From Paraphysomonas bandaiensis (Eukaryota > Protista > Chrysophyceae), in NCBI GenBank assembly GCA_965644295.1, contig CBFFRP010000416.1, positions 30,060 through 94,059 of the forward strand: a stretch of DNA of 64,000 nucleotides. Direction: 5' to 3'. Shown piece by piece: positions 59,444 to 64,000 of the stretch. The position numbers and the translations under genes are program-made. The notes beneath the pieces were generated by a model that saw nothing but the letters and a program-made list of their open reading frames with translations, was not told the origin of the DNA and ran no database searches. Numbering within the stretch: position 1 is the first letter of the stretch; the number at the start of each line of letters is the position of its first letter.

Positions 59444-61763
59444 TCAGTTGGCATTCAGAGGGGAGTTCCGGCCGTCCGCAAGTGACAACACACCGTCGAC
59501 ACAGCCATCTTTCGCATCCAAAATGCGGAACACCTATGGGATGCAGATAAGCACAAAACAATTCAATTCCGTACAACATTTACCTCAAAAAACTCATTGA
59601 GGTCGATAGAGTCACTCTGATCGAAGTCCATCAAAGTAAGCACGTGGTCGTAGTCCTTAAGCTGTTGATCAGGGGGTAATGTAGTGTTCATGAAATCACA
59701 CCCTAGCCTAAATTCTTCTCGTGATATTGTCCCATCCCCATTTTTGTCAAAGAAGTGAAACACAGCTTCCAGTTTGCTGCGCTGCCCATACATGGAGTCC
59801 ATTGATAATACACTAACATCCACGCTCTCTCCATTCGTGGTCGGGCGGTGCATACTGAAGGTGTTGAGGAAGTCGTTGTAGTCGATGAAGTTCCCGTGTA
59901 CAGCACTGGGCGCAAGACTTTGAATTGTTCCCAACCACAGTATCTTAAGCCCAGTAACACGCTGCATTATCTCCGCCCAGGTAAGCTTTGTTATCATACC
60001 AGTGTTGTCCGAATCCGCAGTTTCGTATGCTTGAATGAGCGCCTTCTTCCGGCGTATTATGAGTTCGTGAAGGGACATCTTGTTCGCATCCTTGAGGGAC
60101 TCCGAAGCGTCATTCATGTGATAGGTGTGAACAGTGTAGAATAGTTCTGATCCGGGCACAGGGGTGGAGTTGCTCATGCGATGAGTGGCGAATACCAAGT
60201 ACGCAGCATCATTCTGCCCTCCGCAGTAATTGGATGCAGAGAATATGGTACCAAGAAGGTTACGCGCAGTGCCACTGTACGGAAGATCGAAACCATGGCG
60301 AACACACTCATGGGATCGAATCACCATGCTAAGACCATTATTAGTTAGGAACCGTCTGGTTACTTCTGGACCAAATACCACCCCAGACCCACGCTGGTTC
60401 TTGGAAAGCACCTCGGTGTCACTGGGGTCCGACCAGAGGGCATCTCGCTGCAGCTGCTTGAGATACTCCTTACGGGCATCCTGGGGACTCATGCCCTCAG
60501 TACAGTCTGGGTACGGGATTGGGGGTTTGGCAGCGTAGTCACTACGGTCTATGTCATTAAGATCAGACAACTTGGTGTTGACATCGTGAAAGAGACCACC
60601 GTGGACAACAAATATTGCATCATTCACACAGGCGAAGAGGGGGATATGTCGGAACACTTCCACGAACATGCCAAACGTGAGCTCATCATACTTCTCTTTA
60701 CACTCCCGCTGAAATCCATACACACAGCATATGGCGTGATCCTCATGATTTCCGCGGTTTAGGAAAACGAAATCAGGCATGGCGGCATATAGCGCAAGGA
60801 GAACTACCACCACTTCCACACCTTGCTGCCCACGATCTACAAAATCCCCGTTAAATATGTACTTGTTGGTTGCGCTTGGCCACCCGGATTCATCCAAGAT
60901 ATGAAGCAAGTCCCCAAGCTGTCCGTGAATATCTCCCACCACAGTCAACTTCTCCCCACGCTTGACCCTTACTTCTGAGATATTCCGTCGCTGCTTTAGA
61001 GACTTGTACACCACACGCAATATCTTCTGGATGGATTTGATGCTAAGCCGGCCTTGCCTTCGATACACAGCTACAATTTTCTCCGCGACACTAGATGTGA
61101 TAGTTCCCTTTGGCAGAGCGTAGTCTTTAACGTTACCGTGTATATTTTCTCCACCTACAGAGAGTTGGATGTTGTCCAGATCGAGCACACCGTCCACGTC
61201 TGACCCCCCAACAGTGCTCGCGACGTCCTCGTCCATGTCAACACTAATTTGTTTCATCGGTTCACTCTCTTCATTTCCAGGTACCCAATCCAGTAAAGTT
61301 TGCATGAAACATGCCAGGTTCAACATATCAGCCTCATCTTGTGTGTCCAAGTCACTAAATATCTGTATTTAAGACAGTCAACTCAGTCAAACTACAAGAC
61401 AAAACAACTCACTTTCCACTCTCTCTCTGCCTGTGCTAATTTCCATGCACTTTTATTTCTTACTAGTCTTTGTATTCGTTGTACAGCAGCGAGTTGCTGT
61501 GGTGTGGGGGGTTGATTTATAGGCACCACTGAAGATATCTCCGTATCTTCTATATCAGTGGTCACTGGAGGAGGGCGAGATCGTTCATCTATCTTCCCGT
61601 TTCTATGAATATCTGTAGAGGGTTCCTCAGAGGGGTCTTCAGATGACTCATTAGAGGAGTTTGATGCCATGTGAGGCTCAACGGATTTATTATGCACATC
61701 CACAGGCTGTTTATATCGTTGCTCAGTCTCGCTACGATCAGGTTTACCACTACAGTTTCCCAT
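59444..61763 (-). CDS. PPEF: Ser/Thr protein phosphatase with EF-hands (PPEF/rdgC), 3 exons
   Basis: GDIHG, GDFVDRG, RGNHE, RSHE and FSASNY motifs; IQ-like motif (VQRIQRLVR); EF hands DKNGDGTISREE and DFDQSDSIDLNE; N-terminal MGNCS acylation motif. Confidence 0.93.
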
Positions 61764-62067
61764 TGATTATCTGTGGAGGTTATAGTTGCATAATATCCGC
61801 TTGTGAACACAAGCTGCTTATTGTTAGGTGGTTTAATTGTACATGTATATACAGCTATATGTGTGTGTGTTGGTGTATAGTGTCAGAGAGGGAATAGAGA
61901 GGCAGCCGAGCTGTACATCTACCTCTATACCTACCGCCCTACCCATACCATGACCTCGAGCTGTACATACCTACACAGTAGCGTACCAAGTACCAACTAT
62001 TCTACCCTACATCTACATACTGCTGTATACCCACCTACATACCTACAGTACATACTACCTGCATACT

Positions 62068-62305
62068 GTACATACATACGTACATACATACATACATACA
62101 TACATACATACATACATACGTACATACATACATACATACATACGTAACATACATACATACATACATACGTAACATACATACATACATACATACATACATA
62201 CATACATACATACATACATACATACATACATACATACATACATACATACATACGTACATACATACATACATACGTACATACATACATACATACATACATA
62301 CATAC
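62068..62305. repeat. (TACA)n microsatellite, interrupted
   Basis: Direct reading. Confidence 0.97.
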
Positions 62306-62459
62306 AGCAGTCGTATGCTTATCTTTCAGTATCTTCCGAGTGCTTCTTCGTGTTCTGGTATTGCGGTCTGTGTGTGTGTTTGTTCGTATGTATTATGGCG
62401 CTGTAGTCGTGTGTTAACTCCCGTCGTTTCTTGTGTATGAGGCTCTTCTCTCTGCAGTG

Positions 62460-63030
62460 ATGAGCATAGCAGCAATGCACTCACGTGCTAATTCACTTGC
62501 AGTTCTCTCAAAATGTTATTACCGGAATACAGTTTTGATGCGTATATCAACATGCTGGAAGAGAGCGTGCAGCTCTGTCAGATTGATTGACTTGAGAAGC
62601 GACACAGTAACTCAACCAACGCCTAAAATGCGTGAGTTGATTGCAGCTGCAGTTGTTGGAGATGACGTGTATGAGGATGACCCGACAGTTAAAGCATTAG
62701 AGAATGAGGTGGGCTCTCTGCTAAACATGGAGTCTGCTCTATATTTTCCCACTGGCACAATGTCTAACTTAGCGGCAGGTCAGTAATTGATCTTCTTATC
62801 ATTGTTAAGAATGTATAGTTGTTTAATTGATCTGATAATGGTGCATTCCTGTTAGTGTTTTCTTGGTGTGACCGCAGAGGAGCTGAAATGATTGTGGGAA
62901 ACAGAAGCCACCTTTTCATGGACGAACAGGGCGGAGCAGCTCAATATAGAGGTGTATCGTCAATGCCTCAGACATTCGGAAACGGGACTTGATGCATAAA
63001 TACTGTGGAATGCAGCATTCGTAGAGCTCA
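62460..63030 (+). pseudogene. Truncated low-specificity L-threonine aldolase (LtaE/GLY1 family)
   Basis: [31 protein letters not shown], intron 62779-62855, SHLFMDEQGG; in-frame TGA at 62990-62992; PLP-lysine region absent. Confidence 0.8.
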
Positions 63031-64000
63031 TCTCCACAACTTCATCATCTACCTGAAGAATCTGGAAAATAATAATGGCTAGTTCGGAGAAAGTTTAATT
63101 ATCCTTCGTTGAACACATCGGACAGTAGCAGCTGCACTTAATATTCCGGGCTATATGGATGAATATAAGAGGAGGTACCTGTTTGTGCCCTAACAGCTAG
63201 TGCTACGTCGTTCTTTCCATAAAGTGAGATGGAAAATGATCAACTAATCTATATTTCTTGATAGTTTCTCTACCAATTATGATATCAAAGGTGCTATCTA
63301 TTATCAAACATTGCAACTCAATATCAAGAGTATTGTTATACTCATCAGTTAATCTTATAGTTATTATCATATATTGCTTGCTACTACAACAAGCATTATC
63401 AAGCGCACTTTCTAAATTTTAATGTTACACTCGTTGCAATGGAATATCTATACCTAGCAACTAACATATCAGCAAGTTCTTGGTTATTGAAATTGTATTC
63501 CCAGTAGCCCCCGTGTCCAATAAGGCTTTAGCTCTTAGATTTTCCTTTACCTGTTGTGCATTGACATCAGCTTTAGGACATACAAAGACATCGAGCATAT
63601 CATTATTCGTGGCCAGCGTATGCTAAGCCTATAAACACTTAGGGCATGATAGCTTACTTGTTTTCGATCTCGGAGGACCATCAGGATTCTCCACATAAGG
63701 AGCGAGGTACTCCAACCCATAGCCGCATATTTTTGCCCTGTGTGGAATCTTTCCATGGCTTCTTTTCATGGTTAGCCCATGCACAGGTTTTGCGGGTGCA
63801 GTCACCTTTATGAAGATTACCGCATATCCAACATGCTTCCTTAGTATCAGTTGTTGCTTTAGTATTTGAGGATGAGCTGGAGGATGAAGTTTTTGTATTC
63901 TTAGTCTTGTTAGACTTAGATGTTTCTTTGGAATCCAATTTAGTTTCCATCCTCTTTACTTTTCTCACAGCTTGACTATAGTCATTGTTAAGCTCTCGCA
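63030..64000 (-). mobile_element. Degenerate Ty3/Gypsy-like LTR retrotransposon gag-protease relic
   Basis: Zn-knuckle CWICGNLHKGDC, then retropepsin ALLDTGATG (~63500-63530) and DIIIGR (~63270-63290), broken by frameshifts and stops. Superfamily assignment tentative. Confidence 0.8.

Overview
Eukaryotic nuclear DNA from a compact genome with short (~45-90 nt) GT-AG introns. Gene content suggests a stramenopile, possibly chrysophyte-like; this is inference only. The window is dominated by a 19.7-kb intronless ORF encoding a 6581-aa Cys-rich armadillo-repeat solenoid. Other genes: ASPDH-like dehydrogenase, small PAS/LOV-like protein, THUMPD1/Tan1, M1AP-like protein, M20 acetylornithine deacetylase, divergent GNAT, LicD phosphotransferase, GH18 hydrolase, membrane hybrid histidine kinase, patatin, TPR plus degenerate prolyl-hydroxylase-like domain, and a PPEF/rdgC phosphatase. 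There are six tRNA genes (4 Glu, Arg, Ala). Intergenic space holds a Ty3/Gypsy gag-protease relic abutting a broken threonine aldolase, a foldback element with 62-bp tandem repeats, (TACA)n tracts near gene starts, and at least six pieces of an unclassified repeat family ('A'). Family A forms a ~1.8-kb nested inverted-repeat insertion at ~51.9-53.75 kb, and a diverged 'empty-site' paralog of its flanks lies at ~35.85-36.16 kb. All alignments, splice models and family calls were made by eye.
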